From positions 390 through 64,389 of the forward strand of contig JAJCXT010000090.1 in NCBI GenBank assembly GCA_029263295.1: 64,000 nt of DNA, written 5' to 3'. The stretch is from Acidobacteriota bacterium (GTDB taxonomy: Bacteria > Acidobacteriota > UBA890 > WLXD01). The stretch's first letter is position 1, and every line of letters begins with the position of its first letter. This document shows positions 1 through 8,688 of the stretch, one piece after another. The notes under the pieces were generated by a model. The model did no database searches. It saw only the letters and a program-made list of their open reading frames with translations, and was not told the DNA's origin. The position numbers and the translations under genes were made by a program.

Positions 1-44
1 AGGTCAAGGAAGAGGCATTGCTGCATGGGGAGCTCGGCCGATGA
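1..44 (+). CDS. 3' end of a CDS running off the left edge (probably ActC-like membrane subunit of Alternative Complex III)
   Basis: The open frame 3..41 (VKEEALLHGELGR) ends at TGA 42-44. This stop overlaps the actD ATG at 41 (ATGA). Identity is inferred only from its position upstream of actD. Confidence 0.25.
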   Translation, partial: VKEEALLHGELGR

Positions 45-523
45 GCGTGGAACTTCGCGCCGCCTTCGAATCCGGGGAAGCTCTGGAGTCCGGCCGACGT
101 GCTGTCGTGGACGCCGGCGGACGAATCGAACGCGCGCACAGCCCGGTGCCGCCGCACGAAGCGGACGCGAGCCCGGTTCGGCGCTGGGTCCTGGCCGGAG
201 GTCTCACAGGATTCGCCAGCGGCTGGGCGCTGACCATCGGTACCGCCCTGGCGTGGCCACTGCGCGTCGGCGGCAAACCGATCATTTCGTGGCCGGCGTT
301 CTTCGTGATCGCCTTCGAGTTGACGATCCTCTTCGCCGCTCTCGCCGGGCTGGCCGGCTTCCTCCGTGCCGCCCGCCTGCCGCGTGGCGCAGCGCCGGAC
401 TACCAGGCCGCGACCGGTGTCGATCGGTTCGACGTACTCGTCAGTTGCGATGCGAGACAGGTGGAGTCGATCCGCGAAGCGCTCGTCGGCTGCGGTGGCG
501 AAGTGCTGGAGGCGGCCCCATGA
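41..523 (+). CDS. actD: Alternative Complex III subunit ActD (DUF3341 membrane protein)
   Basis: 160-aa ORF. A soluble N-terminal part is followed by LAGGLTGFASGW...VGGKPIISWPAFFVIAFELTILFAALAG, which I recognise as the DUF3341/ActD signature. ATGA overlaps occur on both sides. Confidence 0.8.
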   Translation: MSVELRAAFESGEALESGRRAVVDAGGRIERAHSPVPPHEADASPVRRWVLAGGLTGFASGWALTIGTALAWPLRVGGKPIISWPAFFVIAFELTILFAALAGLAGFLRAARLPRGAAPDYQAATGVDRFDVLVSCDARQVESIREALVGCGGEVLEAAP

Positions 524-1017
524 ACCGTGCGACAACCTCCCGGGCGCTGATCGGCCTGGTCGCGCTACTCGCGACGGCAGCCTGTTCCGGCTCGCTTCCA
601 TGGACCGCGGACATGGTCGAGACGCCCGCCCGCCACGCGGACGAAGGACTGCTCATGCCGCCAGAGGGCAGCCTGTCGACGACCGGCGAGGTCAAGCAGA
701 GTCGTTTCCGGGCGGCCATGAGCCTGCGTAATCCGCTACCCGGCGACACGGCCACCATCGAGTCTGGCGCCCGGCTATTCGAGATCTACTGCCAGCCGTG
801 CCACGGCGCAGCGGGACAAGGTGACGGGGCCGTAGCGTCCTACTTCACGCTGCGGCCCCCGGCTGACCTGACGGGCACGAAGGTGCGGGCCCAGACCGAT
901 GGATACATCTACGCCACGATCCGTGATGGCGGCGGTTCGATGCCACCGCTCGGCGGCTCGCTCTCGGAGACAGAGAGGTGGGCCGTAGTCACGTACCTCC
1001 GGAGCCTGCAGCAATGA
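520..1017 (+). CDS. actE: Alternative Complex III mono-haem cytochrome c subunit ActE (lipoprotein-like signal)
   Basis: ATG 520 overlaps the actD stop (ATGA). Signal/lipobox LLATAAC is present, with a single CQPCH haem-binding motif and a downstream GGSMPP Met-ligand region. Confidence 0.8.
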   Translation: MNRATTSRALIGLVALLATAACSGSLPWTADMVETPARHADEGLLMPPEGSLSTTGEVKQSRFRAAMSLRNPLPGDTATIESGARLFEIYCQPCHGAAGQGDGAVASYFTLRPPADLTGTKVRAQTDGYIYATIRDGGGSMPPLGGSLSETERWAVVTYLRSLQQ

Positions 1018-2018
1018 AGCGACCTATGGCCGCCGTGGCCGGTATCGTGTTGGTCGTCGCCGCCGGATCGATGGCACCGCCAGCGCGCTTCTGGGCGGCG
1101 TACGCGGCCGGCAGTTTGTTCTGGTTGAGCCTGTGTGGCGGCGCTGCAGCGTTCGTCGCAGCGCTGGAGATCACGGGCGCGACCTGGAGCGACTGGGTGG
1201 TCGAGCAAGCGGAGAGTTGGGCTCGATTGTTCTTGGTACCGGCGCTCGCGCTCGCGGCGCTGCCACTCGGAGCGTCACACCTTTACCCCTGGGCGCAGGC
1301 ACCTCTACCCGGCCTGGAGGTCTGGTTCGCGCCAGCATCGGTACTCGCCCGCGACGTGCTCGGCATCCTCGTGCTGGGTGGCGCGATCGCGTGGCTGCTT
1401 AACGGCAAGCCCGGGCAACGCTATCGGCGTGCCGTAACCATGGCCATGATCTGGGCGATCGTCGGCTCCCTCCTGGCATGGGACCTGATCATGTCCCTGG
1501 AGCCTGGCTGGACGAGCACGCTGTTCGGCGCCTACTTCTTCGTCGGCGCGCTCTACACGGGAATGGCCGCCGTCGCCGTACGCGGCCTGAGCAGCCCCGC
1601 GAACTTCACGCCGGCAGCCTCACACGACCTAGGCAAGCTGCTCTTCGGCGGCGCCATGGTATGGGGCTACTTCCTCTGGTCCCAGTACCTGGTCGCCTGG
1701 TATGGCAACCTGCCGCGCGAGGCCGAGTTCTGGCTACGCCGCGCCGAATCCGGCTGGGCTGTGCTCGGTCTCCTGATCATCGCCACGACTTTCCTGGCGC
1801 CGTTCGTCCTGCTGCTCAGCGCCAAGGTCAAACGCTCGCCCCGCGCCCTGGCCATCCTATCGATCGCGGCCCTCATCGGCCTCTGGGCCGAGAAGATCCT
1901 GCTCCTAGGCCCTTCCGTTCGACTGCACGCGCCACTGCCGATCGGCCTGGCCGAACTGGCAGTTGGCGCCGGGCTATCCCTCGCCGTCATCGGCCTGCTT
2001 CCCAAGCACCGGCAATAG
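1014..2018 (+). CDS. actF: Alternative Complex III polytopic membrane subunit ActF (NrfD-like)
   Basis: ATG 1014 overlaps the actE stop (ATGA). The 334-aa protein is strongly hydrophobic with multiple TM segments. It lies after actD-actE and is followed by a strong terminator. Confidence 0.75.
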   Translation: MKRPMAAVAGIVLVVAAGSMAPPARFWAAYAAGSLFWLSLCGGAAAFVAALEITGATWSDWVVEQAESWARLFLVPALALAALPLGASHLYPWAQAPLPGLEVWFAPASVLARDVLGILVLGGAIAWLLNGKPGQRYRRAVTMAMIWAIVGSLLAWDLIMSLEPGWTSTLFGAYFFVGALYTGMAAVAVRGLSSPANFTPAASHDLGKLLFGGAMVWGYFLWSQYLVAWYGNLPREAEFWLRRAESGWAVLGLLIIATTFLAPFVLLLSAKVKRSPRALAILSIAALIGLWAEKILLLGPSVRLHAPLPIGLAELAVGAGLSLAVIGLLPKHRQ

Positions 2019-2022
2019 AAAA

Positions 2023-2054
2023 AGCCCGCAGGTACTCGTACCCGCGGGCTTTTT
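2023..2054. terminator. Bidirectional rho-independent terminator between convergent genes
   Basis: Arms agcccgcaggtac (2023-2035) and gtacccgcgggct (2038-2050) form a 13-bp stem with one mismatch. An A-run precedes it (2019-2023) and a T-run follows it (2050-2054). Confidence 0.75.
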
Positions 2055-2076
2055 CGATCTTGTTAGTCAGAGTGCC

Positions 2077-2448
2077 TTAGTTGGCCTCGACCATCATGAC
2101 CATCATCGCCTTCAGACCGTCGCGCTCCATGACCATGCCGGTGATCGACACTTCCTGGGCAGCGTGGGCCTTGAGCGACTTGAAGGCATCCATCTCGCCT
2201 GCGTCGGCCGGGGGCAGCAGCACCAGCACTTCACCGCCCTCGGTGAGGAACGATGCCGGCACGCCCATGTTCAGGCACATCTTGGTGCAGCCTGCTTCTT
2301 CCGGGCCGTGCTTGCCAGCCGCGTAGCAGGCTGTGTCGATCACGACGCCCTTGACCGTTACGGGCTCCATCATCTCCTGCGGGGCTACCGCGAAGGCCGC
2401 CGAGCTTACCAGCAGCGTGAGCGCTACAGCTGCAACAAATCGCTTCAT
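2077..2448 (-). CDS. Small secreted Cys-containing protein of unknown function
   Basis: GGAGGAG SD precedes ATG 2448. Signal peptide is MKRFVAAVALTLLVSSAAFA. Mature part has C-x11-C-x3-C (TACYAAGKHGPEEAGCTKMC) and a Met-rich C-terminus (LKAMMVMMVEAN). Confidence 0.6.
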   Translation of the reverse strand: MKRFVAAVALTLLVSSAAFAVAPQEMMEPVTVKGVVIDTACYAAGKHGPEEAGCTKMCLNMGVPASFLTEGGEVLVLLPPADAGEMDAFKSLKAHAAQEVSITGMVMERDGLKAMMVMMVEAN

Positions 2449-2642
2449 GAGTTCTCCTCCATCAAAGGGAGATCTTGCGCGCCGAAAAGCGCGTGAGTAA
2501 CTGCGAATCCCGAACGTAGCATGGGGGTCCCGGCCGACACCGGTCCCGCAACCCGGCTCCCGTAACCCGGCCCACAGGCGCGTTTCTGGGCACAGGAGTC
2601 TCTAACCCGGGAGCATCGTCGGACCCGAGGCGAGCCCGGCGC

Positions 2643-3491
2643 CTACTCGCCCTCGGATTCCACGCGGAGAAGCTCCGCCACGTCCTCGCGCGCTTTCATG
2701 TCTTCGAAGATCGCGGCGCTGTCCAGCGCCGCCAGATCGATCGCCAAGCGTTCGAACTTCGCCAGGCAGGAGCGGAAGACGAAAGGCCCCAGGCTGACGC
2801 GGTTGATGCCGATCTCCTGCATCTGAGCCAACGACGCCGCGCCCTCCGTAACGAGGACATTCAGGGGCGCGGCGACACGCTCCCGCAGCTGTCGCAGGGT
2901 GTCGAGATCGCCCGGCCCCATCGGGTAAATACAGTCGGCGCCCGCCTCGGCGTAGGCCCGGCCACGCGCCACGCAATCCTCGATTCGCTCCGTGTTGTCC
3001 GCGAATGGACCGGAGACGAAGCTGTCGGTGCGGGCGTTGATCACCATTGGGATCCCTCGTCGGTCGGCAACCTCCCGCGCTTGCGCGATTCGGGCGCACT
3101 GACCATCAACCGCTCGCAGTTCGCCGCCCTCCTCGAGGCTGTCTTCGAGGTTGATCCCCACAGCGCCCGAGTCGAGCAGAAGCCCGATGGTCTCCGCAAG
3201 CTCGTGGAGGCTGTCGCCGTAGCCCGCTTCGACATCTGCGGTGACCGGAACATCTACGCTGCCGGCAATCCGGCCGATCATGTCGATCATCGAGGAGCGC
3301 AAGAGCCGCTCGCCGTCCAGGTACCCGAGCGACGACGAGATGGCAGCGCTTGCGGTAGCGACCGCTGGATAACCACTCGCCTCCAGCATGCGTGCCCCGA
3401 TCGGATTCCATACGTTGGGCAGAATCAGCAGTCGGCCGCTGTGATGCAACTCGAGCAACCGAACGGCCCTGGCGCGCTGCTCAGCAGCCAT
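2643..3491 (-). CDS. Isocitrate lyase / PEP mutase superfamily protein (not a canonical ICL or PepM)
   Basis: Motifs LPNVWNPIGARMLE, DVEAGYG and GINLEDS are typical of the superfamily. It lacks the KRCGH catalytic loop of lyases and the EDK..K.NS motif of PEP mutase. Confidence 0.85.
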   Translation of the reverse strand: MAAEQRARAVRLLELHHSGRLLILPNVWNPIGARMLEASGYPAVATASAAISSSLGYLDGERLLRSSMIDMIGRIAGSVDVPVTADVEAGYGDSLHELAETIGLLLDSGAVGINLEDSLEEGGELRAVDGQCARIAQAREVADRRGIPMVINARTDSFVSGPFADNTERIEDCVARGRAYAEAGADCIYPMGPGDLDTLRQLRERVAAPLNVLVTEGAASLAQMQEIGINRVSLGPFVFRSCLAKFERLAIDLAALDSAAIFEDMKAREDVAELLRVESEGE

Positions 3492-3691
3492 GTGAACTCC
3501 TGCGGACTCCGGCGAGCTGAGGATAGTGTCGAGGCGTCACCCATTGTAGCGGCCGTCGTAGCGGGTCACCGTAACGTGTGGCGCCTCCCGATCGAATCGC
3601 TCCCGCGGTAGAGTCTCCCGGTCCTGAACCTCGGAGCATTGATGATCAGTACGACCCTCGTTGCCTGCACCGTCGCCGGACCGGAGTAGCG

Positions 3692-4984
3692 ATGCAGCGC
3701 CGCAACTTCCTGATGAACGTCGCCGTTGGCGCTGGAACACTTCCCTGGCTCGCCAGCCAGGCGCGGGTCTTCAACGATCGACTGCAACAGCTGGCCACGG
3801 ACGTGGACGCCGCGACAGGTGCGGATGATCTGTGGCGCCGCGTGCGGCAGGAGTTCGCGCTCAATCCCGGCTTCACGCACCTGAACTGCGGCAGCGTCGG
3901 GGCAACGCCGCGGCCAGTGCTCGATGTCGTCGCCGCCACGATGCGCGAAATCGAGGGCAACCCCGCCGGCAAGGTCTTCGGCTGGGGCGGGCAACAGATG
4001 GAAGCCGTGCGCGAACGCGCTGCCGGTTTCATCGGCGCCGACCTCAACGAGGTCGCGCTCACGCGCAATACCACTGAAGCGATGAACGCCGTGGCCATGG
4101 GTCTCGACCTCGAGCCCGGCGACCAGGTACTGACCACCAACCACGAGCACGGCGGCGGCATGGTGTGCTGGCAGCACCTGCGCAAACACCACGGCATCGA
4201 GATCGTGTACGTGCACCTGCCATGGACGATCGAAAGTCGCCAGCAGATCGTGGACCTGGTGCGACAGAAGCTGACGGCACGCACCAAGGTCTGCAGCTTC
4301 AGCCACATCGACACCATCACCGGCGTCCGCATGCCGATCGCCGAAATCGCCGAGATCACACGCCCGCGCGACATCGTGCTCGTGTGCGATGGCGCCCAGG
4401 CGCCGGGGATGCTCGAGGTCGACGTCAAGGAACTGGCCGCCGACACCTACGCGTTCAGCGGCCACAAGTGGATGCTGGCGCCGAAGGGCACGGGGCTGCT
4501 GTATGTCCGCAAGGAGATGCAGGACCGCGTTCACCCGGCGTTCCTGCACGACGGCTACAGTGGCTACACTGCCTCGGGCGGCACCCGCGACGTGGCCACC
4601 GTCGTCGGTCACGGTGCGACGATGGACTTCCATGATGCGATCGGGCGTGACCGGATCGCCGCGCGCTGCCGGGAGCTGAACCTCTACCTCCGCGCTCGCA
4701 TGCAAGACATGCCCGGGCTAACGCTCCTGACCCCGCCCGACGACGACCTGTCGGCCGCGATCGTCAGCTACTCCGTGGACGACGGCGACGCGGGAGCCAT
4801 CGCCGGGCGCCTCAATCAGGAGCACGAGATCCTGGTGAAGCGCGCGCAGGGAACCTACGCGTACAGCGTCGAAGACGGCCTGCCGGCGGAGAGTTCCAAC
4901 GCCCTCCGCTTCTCGACTCACATCTTCAATAGCGAAGGCCAGATCGACCGCGCCGTCGCAGCAATGAGAACGATTCTGACGTAG
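3692..4984 (+). CDS. Class V aminotransferase-fold PLP enzyme (cysteine desulfurase / isopenicillin-N epimerase-like) with twin-arginine signal
   Basis: ATG 3692 gives MQRRNFLMNVAVGAGTLPWLASQA (a Tat-type RRxFL signal). SGHKWMLAPKGTG is the PLP-lysine motif. SFSHIDTITG is also present. Confidence 0.85.
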   Translation: MQRRNFLMNVAVGAGTLPWLASQARVFNDRLQQLATDVDAATGADDLWRRVRQEFALNPGFTHLNCGSVGATPRPVLDVVAATMREIEGNPAGKVFGWGGQQMEAVRERAAGFIGADLNEVALTRNTTEAMNAVAMGLDLEPGDQVLTTNHEHGGGMVCWQHLRKHHGIEIVYVHLPWTIESRQQIVDLVRQKLTARTKVCSFSHIDTITGVRMPIAEIAEITRPRDIVLVCDGAQAPGMLEVDVKELAADTYAFSGHKWMLAPKGTGLLYVRKEMQDRVHPAFLHDGYSGYTASGGTRDVATVVGHGATMDFHDAIGRDRIAARCRELNLYLRARMQDMPGLTLLTPPDDDLSAAIVSYSVDDGDAGAIAGRLNQEHEILVKRAQGTYAYSVEDGLPAESSNALRFSTHIFNSEGQIDRAVAAMRTILT

Positions 4985-5066
4985 CCTTGTTTCGCGCCGC
5001 CCGAGCGGAGGCGAAAGCGCGAACGGCCTCGCGATGCACGTCACTTGACCGACTCCGGAGGAAACC

Positions 5067-5639
5067 GTGGAGAGGCTGACGGCAGAGGAAGCGTACGAGC
5101 GGCTCAGAGCGGGAAACGAACGATTCCTGAACGACGCTCTCGAAGGCGCGGGGCGCGACGAGGCCCGACGTCGGCTGCTTGCCCAGAGCCAACACCCGTT
5201 CGCGGTGATCCACTGCTGTGCCGACAGCCGCGTGGCACCTGAGATCGCTTTCGACACCGGGATCGGCGAACTCTTCGTCGTGCGGGTGGCGGGTAACGTC
5301 GCCAACAGGTCGACGATCGCCAGCATCGAGTACGCGGTGGCCAATCTGGGAACGCGCCTCATCGTGGTGATGGGGCACGACAACTGTGGCGCCGTGGCCG
5401 CGGCGATTGCTGGCGGCGAGATCAGTCCGAGTCTGGACTACCTGCTCGAGTACATTCAGCCAGCGGTGCGGAGTTCTGACGACCCCGATCCCGACGCTGT
5501 CGCGCGACGTAATGTGCAAGTCAGCGCCGAACGGTTGGTCACGGAATCGGACATCATCCGCGAGGCAGTGGCGAACGATGGGGCGAGGATCGTCACTGCC
5601 TTCTACCACCCCGCCACAGGGCAGATCGAATTGGTTTGA
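5067..5639 (+). CDS. Beta-class carbonic anhydrase
   Basis: GTG start. Motifs CADSR and GHDNCGAV are the Zn ligands CxDxR and HxxC. The length of 190 aa fits the family. Confidence 0.9.
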   Translation: MERLTAEEAYERLRAGNERFLNDALEGAGRDEARRRLLAQSQHPFAVIHCCADSRVAPEIAFDTGIGELFVVRVAGNVANRSTIASIEYAVANLGTRLIVVMGHDNCGAVAAAIAGGEISPSLDYLLEYIQPAVRSSDDPDPDAVARRNVQVSAERLVTESDIIREAVANDGARIVTAFYHPATGQIELV

Positions 5640-5700
5640 CCGCGTCACCGGTCCGGGTCGATGCGCATCGGTCGCAGGCGCGCGACGGAGTAGGCTGCGG

Positions 5701-6285
5701 CTACTGCCGTGACGAGTGCGCGGATATGAGCCTCTGCGCAGCCCGTCGCGCCTGCCGCCCCGCCGACCGATCGCCTTCGACGTATGCCGTCACGATGGCG
5801 CCCTCGAACAGCAGCGACAGGGCGGCGGCCAGTTCCTTGGGGCGTTTCAGGCCGGCCTCGCGCGCCAGGCGCGCCATGAGTTCTCGATTGTCGCGTTTGT
5901 TGCGCCGCACAGCGTCCCGGCCCGGACTCGCCGGACTGGGAATCTCGACGGCGGCATTGACCAACGCACATCCGCGAAAACCCGGGTCGCCAATGAAGTC
6001 CTCGAGAAAATCGAAGACCGCCAGCAGTTTTCGCTGCGGAGTCGTAGCCGCACCAACCTGATCATCAAGCCCTTGCCGCCAGTTCGCGCTGCGGTATTCG
6101 ATGACCGCGACGACCAGATCCTCCTTGGATGCGAAGTGCTGGTACAGCGTTGGCTTGGTAAGACCCGCCGCCTCTACCACCCGATCGACACCAGTCGCCC
6201 GGATCCCGCGCTCGTGGAATAGCCCCGCTGCGGCGCGGATCAGTCGGTCGCGGCTTGGCTCGCGCGTCGGATCGCTCAAGATCAC
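5701..6285 (-). CDS. TetR/AcrR family transcriptional regulator
   Basis: N-terminal HTH is RLIRAAAGLFHERGIRATGVDRVVEAAGLTKPTLYQHFASKEDL. GTG start. Convergent with the carbonic anhydrase gene. Confidence 0.9.
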   Translation of the reverse strand: MILSDPTREPSRDRLIRAAAGLFHERGIRATGVDRVVEAAGLTKPTLYQHFASKEDLVVAVIEYRSANWRQGLDDQVGAATTPQRKLLAVFDFLEDFIGDPGFRGCALVNAAVEIPSPASPGRDAVRRNKRDNRELMARLAREAGLKRPKELAAALSLLFEGAIVTAYVEGDRSAGRQARRAAQRLISAHSSRQ

Positions 6286-6316
6286 CTGGCCTGGGACTCG
6301 TTAAGACCCCTGGAGT

Positions 6317-7114
6317 CTACTGCGACTGTAGGTGCCGTAATCTCGACCTCTCCCCCGGCGCCAGACGTAGCGTCTCGAACGGCTCGAGCCCAAGCGGTGC
6401 CGACTCGCGCGCCGACTCGAACGCCGCGTCCGTTTCGAAGCTGCCGAACCAGGCGACCACGACCTCATCCTCGATGTATGGCAAGGCCGGGAAGTTGTTG
6501 GGCTCCTCGCTACTCCGGAACAGACCCAGAGAGACCGCGCCGTTGTCCACGTAGTCGGGGATGACCGAATTGCGCACGGCTTCGATGAGGTCCGACACCG
6601 TGCCGTCCTCCACCAGAAAGAGCTGTGCCACGACGACTCCTCGCCGATCAGGCTGCGGTTGTTCGGACAGCAGCACAGGGCGACGACTGTTCTCGGGAAA
6701 CGCCTCGCGGGCCGAGACCGGCTCGAGCAGGTGAACGTGACTGGCCCGCTCTCCGAGCATGTCGCGAACCTCCGCGCCGGTCTCCTGCCATACGGGGCTG
6801 GTGTAGAACTGCAGGAGTCCCGCCTGTCTTTCGCCCATGGTTCTGTAACCATGCATCCAGACGAATTGTGTGGGATTCACCAGGTCGCGAAACTCGCCCC
6901 AGATCCTCATCCCGACGACCTCCTGAGACTCCAGATAGTGCTCCTCGAAGTACTCCAGGAACCGGTCACGCTGGCCCTCCTGGGTCGTGTACACCCTCAG
7001 TTCCAGGAAGTTCGAGTAGCCGGGATCGGAGCTGGCCGCCTGTGCCGCCAACGCTCCAGCGGCGAGCACCATCGCGAGGATCCCGCAGGTGGCTGTCGTG
7101 CGCGTCATGCTCAT
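6317..7114 (-). CDS. Secreted tandem NIPSNAP-domain protein
   Basis: Signal peptide ends ...ALAAQAAS. Two halves each resemble NIPSNAP: FLELRVYTTQEGQRDRFLEYFE...FYTSPVWQE, and VVAQLFLVEDG...WFGSFETDAAFESA. Confidence 0.7.
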   Translation of the reverse strand: MSMTRTTATCGILAMVLAAGALAAQAASSDPGYSNFLELRVYTTQEGQRDRFLEYFEEHYLESQEVVGMRIWGEFRDLVNPTQFVWMHGYRTMGERQAGLLQFYTSPVWQETGAEVRDMLGERASHVHLLEPVSAREAFPENSRRPVLLSEQPQPDRRGVVVAQLFLVEDGTVSDLIEAVRNSVIPDYVDNGAVSLGLFRSSEEPNNFPALPYIEDEVVVAWFGSFETDAAFESARESAPLGLEPFETLRLAPGERSRLRHLQSQ

Positions 7115-7265
7115 TCGTTCTACTTCCGGTGGGGACTGTCGTTACAAATGTTCTGATCGATAGCTCACTGACCAGTAAGTATACTGTCCACCGAACGAAC
7201 CCGAACGACGACAGATCGATAGGCTCCGAACCCGGCCTCTTGCTCGGCCGACGCCGAGCGCGACG

Positions 7266-8075
7266 CTACGGCGTGGAGGGAGTTAGCTGCCGGAGGCTTA
7301 TGCGGCCACCTAAGCTCGTGTGCGGGAGCACCGCCGCGAGCCGGGAGGCTTCCTCCAGGTCTTTGGCACGCAGCACGAAGAACTGCGTTGGCAGCATCCA
7401 CGGCTCAGCGTACCAACGACTGGGGTCGGCGAGGTCGACGTTGCCATCGGTCTCGCCTTCTTCCAGTCCCGTGGCACCCTCAGTTACGCCGCCAGAGGCT
7501 ACCAGCCGGCCGGTCGCTTCCAGTGCACGCGCCCACTCTGACGTGGCCGTTTCGCGCCAGCTGTGCATGTCCTCCGGGAGGCCCTCCAGGCGCTCGGCCG
7601 GCGGGCCATGCAGAAGCAACAAGAAGCTGGGAGCGTCCGCGTCGGCGGTAGTCCTGAGCGCAGCATCGGCCACCGGATCACGCGCAAGTCCGCTGATCAA
7701 TCCGGATGGCAGAGGACCGGCCAGACTCGTTTCGGCATTCGTGTCCGTGCCGCCGCTCAGGCGACCGGCGAAGAAACCGGCCGTCGCCGCAAGCACGACC
7801 GCAGCAGCAACCGCAGCCACCCTCCGTCGCTCAGCTCCACCAGCGGACTGGCGCCGTGTGTTCGCCGCCCGCGCCGCCACGATCCGCTCGGTCACCGCCG
7901 ATGATAGCGGGCGGGGCTCCAGGGCGGCGAGCTTCGCGGTCGCGGCGTGCAGTCGATCGAAATCGGCGCGCAGTCGTGGCTCGCGCTCGAGCCGACGCTC
8001 GAAACGAACCCGCTCGTTGTCCGGCAGCATGTCGTCGAGATAGCGCTGCAAATCGATGTCGTGTTCTTCAGCCAT
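7266..8075 (-). CDS. Single-pass anti-sigma factor with extracytoplasmic YCII/DGPF-like domain
   Basis: ATG 8075 shares one nt with the sigma gene stop (TGATG). The anti-sigma N-terminus is DLQRYLDDMLPDNERVRFERRL and the TM segment is VAAVAAAVVLAATAGFFAG. The C-terminal FLLLLHGPP...EWARALEATGRLV...FFVLRAKDLEEASRLAAVLP...ISLRQL pattern resembles YCII. Confidence 0.7.
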   Translation of the reverse strand: MAEEHDIDLQRYLDDMLPDNERVRFERRLEREPRLRADFDRLHAATAKLAALEPRPLSSAVTERIVAARAANTRRQSAGGAERRRVAAVAAAVVLAATAGFFAGRLSGGTDTNAETSLAGPLPSGLISGLARDPVADAALRTTADADAPSFLLLLHGPPAERLEGLPEDMHSWRETATSEWARALEATGRLVASGGVTEGATGLEEGETDGNVDLADPSRWYAEPWMLPTQFFVLRAKDLEEASRLAAVLPHTSLGGRISLRQLTPSTP

Positions 8076-8671
8076 CAGTCGGCTCCTTTTGTCTCCATCG
8101 CCTCGGCGAAGGCGCGCAGGCCGCGGTGCAGGCGGGAGGCCACCGTGCCTTCCGAGCAATGTTGATCCTCGGCGATCTCTGCGTAGCTACAGCCCCACAC
8201 GTAGCGCAGCACAACAACCAGGCGCTGCTCGTCGGGCAGCATCAGGAGGGCCTCCTCGGCCACGCCCAGGGCTTCTCGTATCTGGGCCCGTTGCTCCGGG
8301 TTCGGTGTCCGATCGGTGATTTCGAACTGGTCCGGATCGTCACTCGAACTCTGCCACGGACGAGCGTGCTGCCTCCGCCAGGCATCGCGACAGAGATTCA
8401 CCGCCACCGTTCGCAGCCACCCGGCGATCGTTCGCTCGACGCGCAGTGTCTCGAGCGAACGGGACAGTCGCAGAAACGTGTCCTGCGTGACCTCTTCGGC
8501 TAGTTGCCGATCGCCGACCAGGCGCAACGTCAGTCCGAACACTCGATCGGCGTGGCGTTCCACGAGCAATTCGAACGCGCGTGAATCACCCGCGGCCGCG
8601 CGCCCGAGCAGATGAGGATCGCCCTCGCCGCCCGTTGGCTCCGGACTGGTCGCTGCGCTCACTAGCTTCAT
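8075..8671 (-). CDS. ECF (group 4) RNA polymerase sigma-70 factor
   Basis: Region 2 is FELLVERHADRVFGLTLRLVGDRQLAEEVTQDTFLR. Region 4 is LPDEQRLVVVLRYVWGCSYAEIAEDQHCSEGTVASRLHRG. GGAG SD is present. Confidence 0.9.
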   Translation of the reverse strand: MKLVSAATSPEPTGGEGDPHLLGRAAAGDSRAFELLVERHADRVFGLTLRLVGDRQLAEEVTQDTFLRLSRSLETLRVERTIAGWLRTVAVNLCRDAWRRQHARPWQSSSDDPDQFEITDRTPNPEQRAQIREALGVAEEALLMLPDEQRLVVVLRYVWGCSYAEIAEDQHCSEGTVASRLHRGLRAFAEAMETKGAD

Positions 8672-8688
8672 TACTCCAGGGCCCTACC

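Noticed and set aside
2643-3491. PEP mutase-family gene as evidence of phosphonate biosynthesis linked to the PhnDCE transporter
   Set aside because: It lacks the EDK..K.NS motif of true PEP mutases. It lies 8 kb away on a separate transcription unit. No ppd, phosphonopyruvate decarboxylase or aminotransferase partner is adjacent.
3566-4705. 379-aa minus-strand ORF covering most of the aminotransferase gene
   Set aside because: It is antisense to a gene with clear PLP and Tat motifs. Its product is Arg/Gly/His/Val-rich, with no motif or SD. This is the typical long shadow ORF of a GC-rich genome.
6625-8043. 472-aa plus-strand ORF spanning the NIPSNAP and anti-sigma genes
   Set aside because: It crosses two well-supported minus-strand genes and an intergenic region. 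It is extremely Arg/Ser/Pro-rich and low in complexity, so I treat it as a shadow ORF.
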